A stretch of 64,000 nucleotides of DNA from Cetorhinus maximus (lineage: Eukaryota): NCBI RefSeq assembly GCF_964194155.1, contig NC_135890.1:23188001-23252000 (forward strand), read 5' to 3'. Positions 23,761-36,090 of this stretch are shown here, piece by piece. Every line of letters begins with the position of its first letter. Within the stretch, counting starts at the first letter, position 1. A program made the position numbers and the translations under genes. The notes beneath the pieces were generated by a model. The model was given only the letters and a program-made list of their open reading frames with translations. It did no database searches and had not been told where the DNA came from.

Positions 23761-24987
23761 TCACTGCGTGTTGTCATCATTTTCCACAAATCTAGAAGCT
23801 ATGAAGGCCTCCTGGACGCGCCTGCTTCCTCTGGCCAGTGCGATAGCCTCAGCGCTGTCACCCTTGTCTCCAAGGACCTCCTCCCTCTTAACCCCATCGA
23901 CGTCCTTCTCATCGGAAGAGACGTCCAGCTCCTGCATCTCCTCTTCAGCTAGCTCCACTCCCCGTTGCAGCGCCAGGTTGTAAAAGATGCAGAAGTCGAT
24001 GACGATGCGTGACACCCTCTGTGGATTATATTGCAGGGCTCCACCAGACCAGTCCAGGCACTGGAACCTCATTTTCAGAATCCTGATGATTTGCTCCACC
24101 AAGTTGCGAGTTGCAGCATGAGCCTCGTTGTACCTTCGCTCTGCTGCAGTCTGAGGCTGCTGCACGGGTGTCATCAGCCACGTCTTCTGCAGGTAGCCCT
24201 TGTCCCCAATGAACCATCCCTGCAGCCTCTGTGGACTCTGGAAGACGTCAAGGATCTGTGACTGACTGAGAATGTAGCAGTCGTGCACAATCCCTGGAAA
24301 CCGTGCGCAGACCTGCAAGGTGCTTTGTGATGGCTGCACACCAGCTGCACATTCAGCAAATGGAATCCCTTGCAGTTGACATAGTTGACTGCGTGTTGTG
24401 ACGGAGATCTGAGCGCCATGTGAGTGCAGTCAATGGCACCCTGCACCTGTGGGAAACCTGAGATCTGGGCGAATCCAATCACTCTTGCATCCTGGCTCTC
24501 CTGGTCCTGGGCAAAATGCACAAAGTTGTGTGCCCTCACAAAGATGGCATCCATGATCTCATGGATGCACTTGTGGGCGGAGGCTTGTGATATCCCATAG
24601 GGGTCACTTGTGGATCCTTGAAAGGAGTCACTGGTGTAAAAATTGAGTGCTGTGGTCACTTTCACAGCCACTGGCAGTGGATGCCCTCCGTGACGCCAAA
24701 TCCTGTAGTAGCTGGCAGATGTGCCCGACCAGTTCCCTAGACATGCACACTCATCAGCAACACCGGTTCTGGGCTAACTGCAGGAATGAAAGACCTTGGG
24801 TCTAGCTAGGCGCTGACCAGCGATGGCTCACTGTGGCTCTTCGGCAGCGTGTGCAGAAGCCCCTGCCACCCCTTCTTCCGGAGGGTGCTGCTCCTCCCTC
24901 TGCACAGCCAGCCACCTCAGTTACTCTCTTCTCCATCGTCTATGCTTTCAGTATGCCAAGGTATACAGCTAGTTCACCAGGCTCCAT
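23761..24987 (-). pseudogene. HARBI1-like transposase of copy B, frameshifted
   Basis: GFPQVQGAIDCTH, CARFPGIVHD, GWFIGDKGY, VEQIIRILKMRFQCLD. Confidence 0.92.
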
Positions 24988-25924
24988 GATCCTGATGTAC
25001 TCCTCCTGCAGGATGAGAGAGACTCGTGGGTTAGCTTTGGTGTACTAAGAACCTCGCCTGGTTAAGTCTGAAGGCCCCTTAACGCATTCTGGAGAGTGGT
25101 GGCCACCATTTGGATGGCTAGAGATTAGGACACTGCATGGCTGCCTGAAACTCCACCCACCTCCGCCCCACTCCACCTGACCAATGGGTGGCAGCTTTGC
25201 CCACTGGACTGCATGCTGTGCTCTCAGCTCAGGTGCAGACATTCTCTTAACCCGCACTGCAAGGCTGCACTGTTAGCTTGAACCATGGGCGAGACTGGTC
25301 CAAACCAGGATGATGACACTGCAAGGGGCTGTGAGCGCCTCCGCCAGTGACTGCTCCACAGCCAGCTTTAGCAAGGAGATTGTACAATGTGCTCAGTCAT
25401 CCAACTGTTCTGCGGTCCAATAAAATGCTCATTAGTTTTCAGTCTGTGCCCGAGGAGTGAAAAGCTTTCGAGTACTTGGCGGCACTTTGATGTCTCTGCA
25501 GTGCTTGAGTGGGCAGATAAGCTAGAGGCCCGACTCCAATCATACAATGTGGCTGCGCCTGAACTGTCTCAGTTGTAGAGGAATGGTCACTTTATACAAA
25601 GTGTACCAAATGCATGGCCGCTTCCGTCACCCACCACCACCCACCCCCCCTCAAAACCCCACACATGCTTGTGCGCTACCTTCAATCACAGGGCAGCCTT
25701 TGCCCCTCCCCCAAAAGTTGCCTCAACCACAGGGCAGGGCAGCCTTTTCCCCCACTGCCCCCCTGGTGTTGTGAAACCAATTGTTGGCCTTCTCACCATA
25801 TTGTCTGCTCATGCCACCGAACACACCAGCACCAGTGGGCACAGAAAACTCCCCCCAAGGGGTATCCACTGAAGATATGGCTGCAGACACTGGTGTACAA
25901 TGCCATCACTGAGGCACACGAGAA

Positions 25925-26255
25925 TTTTTTTGATTTATTCATTCAAGGGATGTGGGTGTCGCTGGCTAAGCCAGCATTTATTGACCACTCCTAAACGCCC
26001 TTGAGAAGGTGGTGGTGAGCTGCCTTCTTGAACCGCTGCGGCCTGTGTGGTGTAGGTACACCCACAGTGCTCTTAGGTAGGGAGTTCCAGGATTTTGACC
26101 CAGCGACAGTGAAGGAATGGCGACATATTTCCAAGTCAGAATGGTGAGTGGCTTGGAGGGGAACTTCCAGGTCGTGGTGTTCCCATCCGACTGCTGCCCT
26201 TGTCCTTCTAGATGGTAGCAGCCGTCCTTTTGGAAGTTACTATCTAAGGCACCTT
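25925..26255 (-). mobile_element. LINE 3' fragment
   Basis: Reverse complement of the same LINE tail seen at 2680-2960; T-run at 25925. Confidence 0.85.
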
Positions 26256-26839
26256 GGAAATACAACCACAGCCATTTAACAACAAGGGAAAACATTGAGC
26301 AGACCACTGGGCTTTTGATAAAGTACTTCAGATACTTAGACCATTCAGCAGGATCCCTTCAATAAGCCCCTTAGAGGGTTTCCTGTAAGGTGGTGGTATG
26401 CTGCGCTCTGTAAAACCTGGCACTGCAGGGAAGAGTGAAACTGGCCCCAGAAGGCTCTCATGATTGCATCCTCTCCTCCGAGGAAGAGGAGGAGGGGATG
26501 TGCAACATGAGTTGATGACCAATGGCTGTGACCAGGAGGTGACCCTGGCTGCAAAGTGCCAGAGAAATCTGAGACTCTCTCATTCACATTGGATACAGCT
26601 GATACTCCCCATGCTACCACTGGGTTCTTCAGCCCCCACTACTCTCGATGCCCTTGTGGCCAATGCCGGCTTGCCACACCAAAGTCACAGGCCCCAGGAG
26701 CAGACTAACCCAAGGCCCCTTTCATGTGCTCCAGCCCAATGCCCCAACATCAGTATGGTGGTAAGGCATAACTGCCACTGTCGCTTGTTCCTGCATACAT
26801 GTGCCATGCTCACCAGCTGGTACCACCTGTCCTAATTGA

Positions 26840-27850
26840 ACTTAAGGCCCCACCGAGATGAGAGTATCTGCGTTGGCGGAGGGTGCGCTAGATTGATGTG
26901 ATACTGCCTCCTCAGGTGGCACTTTTTCCTCTGAGGTCTCTTCTGGCACCAATGGCCTCTGCTCCTCAGCCTCCAGCATTGCCCTGTGGAGAGACAAGAG
27001 CGCAGTTAACAATGTCCCTATGCTCCTCCTTCCTACTCCCTCCACATGTTCCTGAGCGTCAGATAGTCATCATGGACCACAGAGGCACCACTGGCCAGTA
27101 AACTGAGGAGGAGTCCGGCTGCAACCAAGCCAGCTTCCACTGTATCTGGGCACCACACCCACTTCACCCTCAGTGACAACCTGTCCTGCTGCCACATTAC
27201 CAATCTCCGGTGCCTCCTCCTCCATTGGTATTAGCAGTGTGGTGTAGGGCACAAGACCTCCCATCCAGCTCTGCTCTCATGCATAGTGAGCGCTCTTCTC
27301 CTGTGAGGACACAAAGAAAGACTCTCACACAGCCCTCTTGCCCCTGCAATGTCAATAAGACTGGATCAGTTTTAATAGTCATCCGAGAACCACTGACAGG
27401 CCAGGTGTTTGCATTCACACACGCTTGGCAGTGGCTCCTGCGCAAATAATTGGCCATGGTGCTCTGGTATGATGCTGTTCATGGTCTTGAGGCACACATT
27501 GGTCTTTCTCGAGTCCCTGTGCATGGGTCTTCGCCACCACAGCACGTGTCATGGCCACTGTATTATACATGCAGGGCTGCCACCTTGCCATCATGTAGGC
27601 CATTCACCTTGCCAGCCTTCACAATGCCACTGAAGACCTTTCAGCATTACACCCATGTCCGTGCCACAGTCCCGTGGCTGCCAATCTCTTCGGTCACCTG
27701 CAGCCAGGACTTCTTTGTGACGTCTGTTGCTCTCCTCCTCCCATCATCTGGGAGGAATACCTGCCCCATTTCCCTCACCACCTGCAGGAGCACCTCCAGA
27801 GAGGAGTCACTAAACCATGGAGTGGCCCTTCCTTGCAATTCCTCCCACAC
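26840..27850 (-). pseudogene. Myb/SANT (trihelix-like) gene of outer Harbinger C
   Basis: RATPWFSDSSLEVLLQVVREMGQVFLPDDGRRRATDVTKKSWLQVTEEIGSHGTVARTWV. Confidence 0.78.
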
Positions 27851-28231
27851 TGCCTCCTGCTACACCCCTTCTTCAGCCTTCTCTGTGTGCAGCCAGTATG
27901 ACAGCTGCAGGTTGATCTTTAAAAACCCACCAATCGTAGTCAGCCACTTCTTCTCAGGCCTGCTGTTAATTGGCCGCATGTCACAAGATACCTCTAGAAG
28001 TCCCGCCATCCCCACATGGGGGCTCACAACCATGAAATGACCCCACCACTGGGATCATGACCCAACCTGGAAATTCCAACACTATGTCCCTAACTCCCTC
28101 TCACTGGGGCGAATCCTTGCTTGAGGTTGTGCTGTTAATTCTGCAGTTCCTGGGGCGGGGAGTCAGATTGCTGGGATGTGGGGTTTGAGTTGCCAGGACC
28201 AGTGCTTGAGATGGTGGGGTTCATACTGTAC

Positions 28232-28337
28232 CTGAAAATGTTTTCTTTTTGAAAACTTCATCATTCACAAAAAGGAACAATGGGGGCCCTGCCCCATCAT
28301 TAACGTTTGTGTTTGTCAACGTTTGTCCAGCCTGCCC
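28232..28337 (-). CDS. endouc: EndoU coding exon 2 (GQAG...KKTFS)
   Basis: Acceptor ttgttgcccacag|ggg; donor tcag|gtacag; 106 nt, phase 0 to 1. Confidence 0.88.
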
Positions 28338-28855
28338 CTGTGGGCAACAATAATAAAGAGAAATGAATCGCTTGTTGTATAAAACCATAGAAATTATGAG
28401 ACAGCAGAAGGCCAATCATCCCATTGCATTTGTGCTAACTAGCTTTTCAACTGGAGCTGTTCATTCTAATCCCACTTGCCTGCTCTGTTCTCATATCGCC
28501 TTGATATTCTTCCTTTTCAATCCCTATTCAATTCCCATCTAAATGATCCAGTGTCTCCTTCAGTAGCCCCTTGTGGTAAAGCAGCTCTTGTTTTAATAAC
28601 CCTGTGTGTGAGTCGGGATTTTCTAACTACCCACTTCATTAGTGATTATCTTCAGTCAAGCTTCATCACTTGTACATCCCCCCTGTAGCACAAAGCCTTT
28701 ATGAGAGCCCTGATTAATCTATTTTCAAATCCAACTACATTAACCACCATCCAGAAAATCTGGCACCAATGGAGACTTTGCGTTCTGAAGTTTCTCTGAG
28801 GAGAATAGCTGAATTTTCCCATTGAGAGGCCCTGACACATGATGGTGGATAGCTT

Positions 28856-29200
28856 TTTTTTATTCGTTTGCGGGGTGTGGGAATTGCTGGCAAGGCTAGG
28901 TCATCCCTAATTTCCCTTGAGATACAACTAGGTAACTTGCTAGGCCATTTGAGAGGGCCATTAGGAGTCAGCCACATTGCTGTGGGTCTAGGGTCACATA
29001 AGCCAGACCAGGTAAGCACGGCAGATTTCCTTTCCTGAAGGACATTAGTAAACCAGACAGGTTTTTACGACAATTCAATATTTTCATGATCACCATTACT
29101 GATACCAGCCTTTTTCATTCCAGATTTGTTTAATTGATTGATGTTAAATTCCCCAGCTGCTGTGGAGGGATTTGAGCTCATGTCTCTGGAATAATTCATC
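28856..29200 (-). mobile_element. SINE (same family as 20198-20492)
   Basis: agtcagccacattgctgtgggtct...aaggacattagtaaaccaga body plus a poly-T end. Confidence 0.8.
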
Positions 29201-29869
29201 CAAGTCAACTGTCAGTCTAGAGCCAGGTCCAGCGCAGGTCAGTCCAGGTTGGCTCGGAGTGTGCAAAGTGCTGGAGATCTGGCAAGTCAGGAAGCAAAAC
29301 TGTCCTGGTCGTAGGAGGAACGGAAGGGCAAGGAAGGTGAGGGGTTCCACAGTATTAAAATCCTTGATCAGAATGATAAGACTGTGCAATGAAGCCGGAT
29401 TTCAGCAAATATGAGGATCCAGGAATGAAGGAGAGGGTGGGACAGGGGAAGGGCGAGAGGATGTGGGACAAGGGAGAAGGGTGAGGGTAGCACAGGGGAG
29501 GAGGGTAAGGGTGGGACAGGGAGGATGGAGAGGTTGTTGAATGGGGGAGGAGGGAGATGGTGGGACAGGACAGGAGGGAGAGGGTGCGGAAGGGGGAGGA
29601 GGGAGCAGGTGCGGGATGAGGAGGAAGGAGAGGGTGTGGGATGGGGAATTAGAGTATAAGAGGAATAAGACAAAAAAGTTCAGAGAAGAACTGACCATTG
29701 TAGTAGTGATAAAATAGAGTTGGAAGGAAATCTAAATGAGTTCAGGAAAAGAAGAGAGGAGTGTCATTTGATCGGAGGTCATCAAAGGGAAGCTATGACT
29801 GGCACTTACATTGGCACCAGCATTGGCATTGACAAAAAATATCTAACAAGCAGTACTGGCATCAGCAGT

Positions 29870-32100
29870 TGCCCCAGCACCAATATCTACACCAGCCCCA
29901 GCACCGACACCTACACCAACAGCAGCACTGACACCTACACCAGAACCGGCACTGGCACCTACACCAGCACCGGCACTGACACCTACACCAGCACCGGCAC
30001 TGACACCTACACCAGCACCGGCACTGGCACCTACACCAGCACCGGCACTGGCACCTACACCAACACCGGCACTGGCACCTACACCAGCACCGGCATTGGC
30101 ACCTACACCAGCACCGGCATTGGCACCTACACCAGCACCGGCACCGACACCTACACCAGCATCAGCACTGGCACCTACACCAGCACCGGCACTGGCACCT
30201 ACACCAGCACCGGCACTGGCACCTACACCAGCACCGGCACCTACACCAGCACCGGCACTGGCACCTACACCAGCACCGGCACTGGCACCTACACCAGCAC
30301 CGGCACTGGCACCTACACCAGCACCGGCACTGGCACCTACACCAGCATCGGCACTGACACCTACACCAGCACCGGCACTGGCACCTACACCAGCACCGGC
30401 ACCGGCACCGGCACTGGCACCTACACCAGCACTGGCACTGGCACCTACACCAGCACCGGCACCTACACCAGCACTGGCACTGGCACCTACACCAGCATCG
30501 GCACTGGCACCTACACCAGCACTGGCACTGGCAGCTACACCAGCACCGGCACCTACACCAGCACCTACACCAGCACTGGCACTGGCACCTACACCAGCAC
30601 CAGCACTGACACCTACACCAGCACCGGCACCTACACCAGCACCGGCACCTACACCAGCACCGGCACTGGCACCTACACCAGCACCGGCACTGACACCTAC
30701 ACCAACAGCAGCACTGACACCTACACCAACAGCAGCACCGACATCTACACCAGCACTGGTATTGGCACCTACACCAGCACCGGCACTGACACCTACACCA
30801 GCAGCAGCACTGGCACCTACACCAGCACCGGCATTGGCACCTACACCAGCACCGGCACTGGCACCTACACCAGCACCGGCACTGGCACCTACACCAGCAC
30901 CGGCACTGGCACCTACACCAGCACTGGCACTGGCACCTACACCAGCACTGGCACTGGCACCTACACCAGCACTGGCACTGGCACCTACACCAGCACCGGC
31001 ACTGGCACCTACACCAGCACCGGCACTGGCACCTACACCAGCACCGGCACTGGCACCTACACCAGCACCATCACTGGCACCTACACCAGCACCGGTACTG
31101 GCACCTACACCAGCACTGGCACTGGCACCTACACCAGCACCAGCACTGCCACCTACACCAGCACTGCCACCTACACCAGCACCGACACCTACACCAGCAC
31201 CAGCACTGACACCTACACCAGCACTGGCACTAGCACCTACACCAGCACCAGCACTGCCACCTGCACCAGCTCCGGCACCGATACCTACACCAACAGCAGC
31301 ACCGACACCTACGCCAACAGCAGCACCGACATCTACACCAGCACCGGCACTGGCACCTACACCAGCACCGGCACTGGCACCTACACCTGCACCGGCACTA
31401 AAACCTACACTGGCACTGGCACCTACACCAGCACTGGCACCTACACCAGCACCGGCACTGGCACCTACACCAGCACCGGCACTGGCACCTACACCAGCAC
31501 CAGCACTGACACCTACACCAGCACTGGCACTGACACCTACACCAGCACCGGCACTGGCACCTACACCAGCACCAGCACTGACACCTACACCAGCACCAGC
31601 ACTGCCACCTACACCAGCACCGACACCTACACCAACAGCAGCACTGACACCTACACCAGCACCGGCATTGGCACCTACACCAGCACCGGCACTGACACCT
31701 ATACCAGCACTGGCACCTACACCAGCACCAGCACTGGCACCTACACCAGCACTGGCAACTACACCAGCACCAGCATTGACACCTACACCTGCACCAGTAC
31801 CAGCACTGACACTGATACCAACACTGACACCAGCACCAACATCGACTCCTACACCAGCACCAGCACCAATATTGATATCTATAGCTGCAATGGCACTGAT
31901 ACCTACACCAGCACCAGCACTGACACCTACACCAGCAACGGCACTGATACCTACACCAGCACCAGCACTGACACCTACACCAGCACCAGCACTGACACCT
32001 ACACCAACACAGGCATAACACCTACAACAGCCCCAGCACTGACACCTACACCAGCACTGGCACTGACAACGACGCCAGCATCAGCACCTACACCAGCACC
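29870..32100. repeat. 24/18-bp minisatellite (accagcaccggcactggcacctac)n in EndoU intron
   Basis: About 90 units. Unit lengths are multiples of 3, giving stop-free frames. Confidence 0.95.
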
Positions 32101-32471
32101 AGCCTGCTTCCCCCATTCAATACGATCATGATTCATCTTCTGCCTCAATTTCATCTTCCACATTATCCCCATATCCCTTAATCCCCTTAACATCCAAAAA
32201 AATCTATGTAGGCCCTACACCTGCAATGACACAGCAGGTCAAACGGTCTCTTCTGAGCTGAAACATTGCGATTCCAAGTCAACTTGCATTATTGAGAGCT
32301 TGGACTCTAGAGAATACTGAAGGATCAGACCAGAAATATCTTGTGTACATTGACAATCTCTTTCTTGCGCCTTTTCCAATCTTCTTGGAACAGGAACAAA
32401 ATCTGCTGTTTGGCATAAAATGATATTAGCGGACAATTCCTAAATAAACTTGGGGTTTGACTCTAACCTAC

Positions 32472-32570
32472 CTGAAGATTGATCTTGTAATCTATCCCTG
32501 GTTGAAGTCTGTTGACATCATTGTCCCACAGGACCTGAGCAATGTCCGATAGTTCTGTTATGTTTTCCAT
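32472..32570 (-). CDS. endouc: EndoU coding exon 1 (MENITEL...KINLQ)
   Basis: Acceptor ttttctgccctgttaag|aATG; donor cag|gtaggt; 33 codons. Confidence 0.88.
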
Positions 32571-32927
32571 TCTTAACAGGGCAGAAAAATACAGTTTGAG
32601 AAATGAAGCTGGACATTTGGGTGTGAAATTCACTATTGGGATTGAAGTCAATTCAAAGGAAAATGTGGCAAGGTGGAAAATGAGGCCTTCATCCATCACT
32701 ACTCTTTTTGTGCTTCAACTGAGGTTGAATTTCCCCCTCATAATTCAATAATGTGGAAATAATTTGCAAATGTGCAAAGCACACTCTCCCTTAACCACAA
32801 GGATAAATGCACCATGTTCCCAGCTCAATAACTGCTCAGCGCTCAGGTAGGGTGAAGCCTTGGAGCCATGATGCGTATCATTAATGTTAGGGTAGAAAAA
32901 AGTCCACTTGAACCTCCCCTTTGTACC

Positions 32928-33305
32928 CTAAGAACATAAAAAGTAAGGGTAGTAGGCCATTTGGCCCCTCGAACCTGCTCCGCCATTCAATAAAACCATG
33001 GCTGATCTGATTGTAACCTCAACTCCACTTTCCTGCCTGCCCCCATAAATCTCAACTCCCATGTAGATCAAAAATTTGTCTAACTCAGCCTTGAATATAT
33101 TCATTGACTCAGCCTTCACTGCTCTCTGAGGTAGAGAGTCCCAAAGGTTAACAACCCTCTGAGAAATGAAATTCCTCCTCATCTCCTTCTTAAATGGCAG
33201 ACTTCTTATTCTGAAATTTTCCCCCCCTCATTCTAGATACCCCCACAAAGAGAAACACCCTCTGTGTCAAGTCCCCTCAGAATCTTGCGTTTCAATAAGA
33301 TCTTA
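32928..33305 (-). mobile_element. CR1 LINE 3' fragment
   Basis: MRRNFISQRVVNLWDSLPQRAVKAESMNIFKAELDKFL. Confidence 0.88.
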
Positions 33306-33419
33306 TTGTGATTCTGGATCCAACTGCCCTGAATCCTGTTCTAGGCAGGAATTAACCCTTCACCAGTTTCAGTCTTGAGCAGCTTTCCTGTTTTCCAGTG
33401 TAACATCCCAGAGCGGGTA

Positions 33420-33620
33420 GTCCTTCCTCATTTCAGGAATCCGCCTTGTAGCCTTTCACCAGAGAACAATCATGGGTAGGAGCCTGATTTATTAATTGAC
33501 ACTGAGGCCAACTGTGGCATCCTTCTTGCTGCCTCTGCTGATATTGGGCAACTCAGCAGAGATGCACCCTTTCTGGCTTGTATACCTCCGTGCCACAATT
33601 GAAGGGTCCTATTCACAGAG
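33420..33620 (-). mobile_element. LF-SINE-like ancient fragment
   Basis: Reverse complement resembles the LF-SINE core ctgagttagctgatctcagc...acaattggcctcag. Similar pieces at 52170-52270 (+), 52780-52815 (+) and 56890-56940 (-). Confidence 0.55.
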
Positions 33621-33919
33621 CTGTTGGTGCTAATCATTTAATATCGTCACACAGCCCATGTACACACTCCGCTGCCGTGGCCTCTACATACTTATTTAAT
33701 CTCCTCACACAGACCCATGTACACTTGACCCCAAGGCCTTGCTAGAAATTATTTGCTGTGTTGGAGCTTGGGTTACGCAAAGACCCTCAAGTACTGAGTG
33801 GAGAGTGACATTGATGCTAGTAAGGGTTTGTGGAACCACTCTTCAATAAGGTCCTGCTGGGATTGCCCTGTGTGTTAAAGGGCTGCTGTTCATATTTTTA
33901 TACACATCCCATAGAGTTA

Positions 33920-35740
33920 TTTACAGATGAGAATGAGGATATTCAGCCTATTGAGTCCATGCTGGCTCTCTGTGGAGCAATTCAATCAGTCTCATTCCCC
34001 TGCTCTATCCCCACAGCCCGTTAAGTTTATTTCCCTCATGTGTCCATCCAATTTCCTTTTGAAATCATTCATTGTCTCCACTTTCACCAACCTTGTGGGC
34101 AGCAAGTTCCAAGTTGTTCTCACTAGTTGCATCAAAATGTTCTTCCTCACATCACCCCACACCTCTTGCCCAAAACCTTAAATCTATGTCCCCTAGTCCT
34201 TGTACCATGAGCTAATGGGAACAGGCTTTTCTTTGTCTACCCTTTCTGAAGCTGTCATAATTTTGTAACCCTCTATCAAATCTCCTCTCAGTCTCCTTTG
34301 CTCCAAGGGGACCAGCCCCAACCTATCCTTGTAGCTAAAATCCTTCATCCCTGGAACCATTCTGGCAAATCTCCTCTGCACCCTCTCAAAGACCCTCACA
34401 TCCTTCCTAAAGTGTGGTGACCAGAACTGGACTCAATACTCTAGTTGTGGCCTAACCAGAGCTTTATAAAGGTTCAGGATAACTTCCCTGCTTTTCAATA
34501 CCTCTATTCATGAAGCCCAAGATCCGACATGCTTTGCTAACTGCTCTCTTAATATATCATATCTCCTTCAAAGATGGATGCACAGGCACCCCCAGGTCCC
34601 TCTGTCCCTGCACACTCTTTAGAACTGTGCCATTTAGTCGATATTGCTCCTTCCATTAAAATTCATCACCTCACATTCTCTGTATTAAATTCCATCTACC
34701 ATTTGCTACCCATTCTGCTAGCCTACCTATGTCCCATTGCAGTTGATTGGTATAATCCTCATTATTTGCCACACTAAGTTTGGTATCATTGACAAATTTT
34801 GAAATTTTACACTGTATTCCAACTTATATCAAAAAAGCAGTGGGCTTTGCACTAAACCTTGGGCAACACCATTGTTCACCATTCTCCAGTCTGAAAAACA
34901 ACCATTTATCACAACTCACTGATTTCTGTCCTTAAGTCAATCTTTTACCCAAGCTGAGACTGTTTTCCTATCCCATGAGCATCAATTTTGTTAACCAGTC
35001 TTTTATGTGGTACATTGTTAAATGCTTTCTCATAATCCTTATAGGCAACATCCAACGCATTCCCCTCATCAACTTTCTCTGTTACTTCATCAAAAAATTC
35101 AATGAGATTAGTCAAGCCCGATCTGCCTTTAAATAATCCATCCTCATTCTTCTTAACTAGCTCCAACCTCTCCAAGTGCCTTTTGATGTTTCCCTGATTA
35201 TTGTTTCTAAAACTTTACCCACCCCAGATGTTAAACAGAGCAGGTAACAGTTACTAGCAATGTCCTTACACACTTATTTGGATAAGAGTGCCACATTTGC
35301 CACTCTCCAATCCACTGGCACCTCTCCTGTATCTATGGAAGATTGGAAGATTATGGCAATGGTTATCTCTATTCCCACTTCCATTAGCAACCTGGGATGC
35401 AAACCATTCACACGAGATGACTTATCAGCATAACCAGCCTTTCCAGTACATTGTTCCAATCAATTTTCACCTCTTCCATTACCTCTACCATCTCCGCATC
35501 TACCTATACTTTATCAGCTTCCCCTTTCTTAGTGGACATCAATACAAAGTACTTATTAAGTATTCTAGCTTTGCCCTGCACTTCTAAGCATGTATCACTT
35601 CTTTGTCCTAGTAGACTCCACAACACCTCTTTCTACCTGCTAACCATTTACATACTGGTAGGAGATTTTTAATTTCTCATTTATGGTAACTGCCATTCTA
35701 TTCTCATATTCTCTCCTACTTTCCTCTTCACTTCCCCTCT
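33920..35740 (-). mobile_element. CR1 LINE ORF2 fragment
   Basis: ERVQRRFARMVPG, KGRSGLTNLIEFFDEVTEKVDEG, DWRVANV motifs. Confidence 0.9.
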
Positions 35741-35833
35741 CAACCTTTTTGCATTTGAACTTTATCTCGCTTGAAGAATTCGCCTGACATGCATCTGTAA
35801 AAACTTTAACAGTTGCAGTTTAGAAAGTCTTAC

Positions 35834-36090
35834 CTTCCTTGATGCCACTTTTGGAGTAATGATTAAGGACTCCCCTTCAACGTACCAGTGCACCCACTCC
35901 CGTTTAGCTGTGCTCGGTGCTGTCAAGGTCCCACCGCCACCATATGTCAAGCAATCAGACATCTATGTGCTTGATGATTCCTGACCCTGCTGTCCTCTCA
36001 CTGTCTGTACATTGGTCAGCTTTTGTGCACCTTCCTTGACGTCACTATTTGACTGCCATTGTTAGCGTCCTTGGGAAACCAATAGGAGGC
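35834..36090 (-). promoter_or_regulatory. Putative EndoU promoter and non-coding first exon
   Basis: Strong minus-strand donor aag|gtaaga at 35834; perfect CRE TGACGTCA at 36037-36044; CCAAT boxes at 36011-36015 (-) and 36079-36083 (+); non-repetitive island between LINEs. Confidence 0.5.

Larger units (their letters stand above)
22295..25855. mobile_element. Harbinger DNA transposon copy B, nested in the transposase of copy C
   Basis: Flanked by a 3-bp duplication, caa (22292-22294 / 25856-25858). Contains Myb exon 1 (+) and transposase (-). Same family as copy A. Confidence 0.85.
21780..26560 (+). pseudogene. HARBI1-like transposase of outer Harbinger C (three pieces)
   Basis: GHPSPVAVKVT..ASGSFQG..GVIDCTSMAIK..HSLNV*IVCDH (21780-22294); KGYPLKIWLQT (25857-25922); KYNHSHLTTRENIEQTTGLLIKYFRYLD (26258 onward). 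Confidence 0.8.
16950..28082. mobile_element. Harbinger DNA transposon, outer copy C, interrupted by nested insertions
   Basis: Putative TIRs gggttgaattttcc (16950) and ggaaattccaacac (28069-28082) match 11/14. Transposase (+) in three pieces: 21780-22294, 25856-25922, 26258-26560. Myb-like gene (-) at ~26840-27850. Confidence 0.7.
14497..32571 (-). pseudogene. endouc: Poly(U)-specific endoribonuclease (EndoU/XendoU family, endouc-like), 4 coding exons, 3' part not in window; in-frame TGA
   Basis: Spliced translation MENITELSDIAQVLWDNDVNRLQPGIDYKINLQ/GQAG...DGAGPPLFLFVNDEVFKKKTFS/AFISLLDNYEADTREPEIIIPEEE*EIHTFLDVVMETLVLQ/IAHRYLVEKG...FKQQLYDIWFSLYAHKGSS. All introns are GT-AG with consistent phases 0,1,0,2. 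The paralog name is from recollection of fish endouc. Confidence 0.85.

Noticed and set aside
23761-24987. Domesticated host HARBI1 gene
   Set aside because: Frameshifted, multi-copy in the window, and flanked by element ends and a Myb partner.
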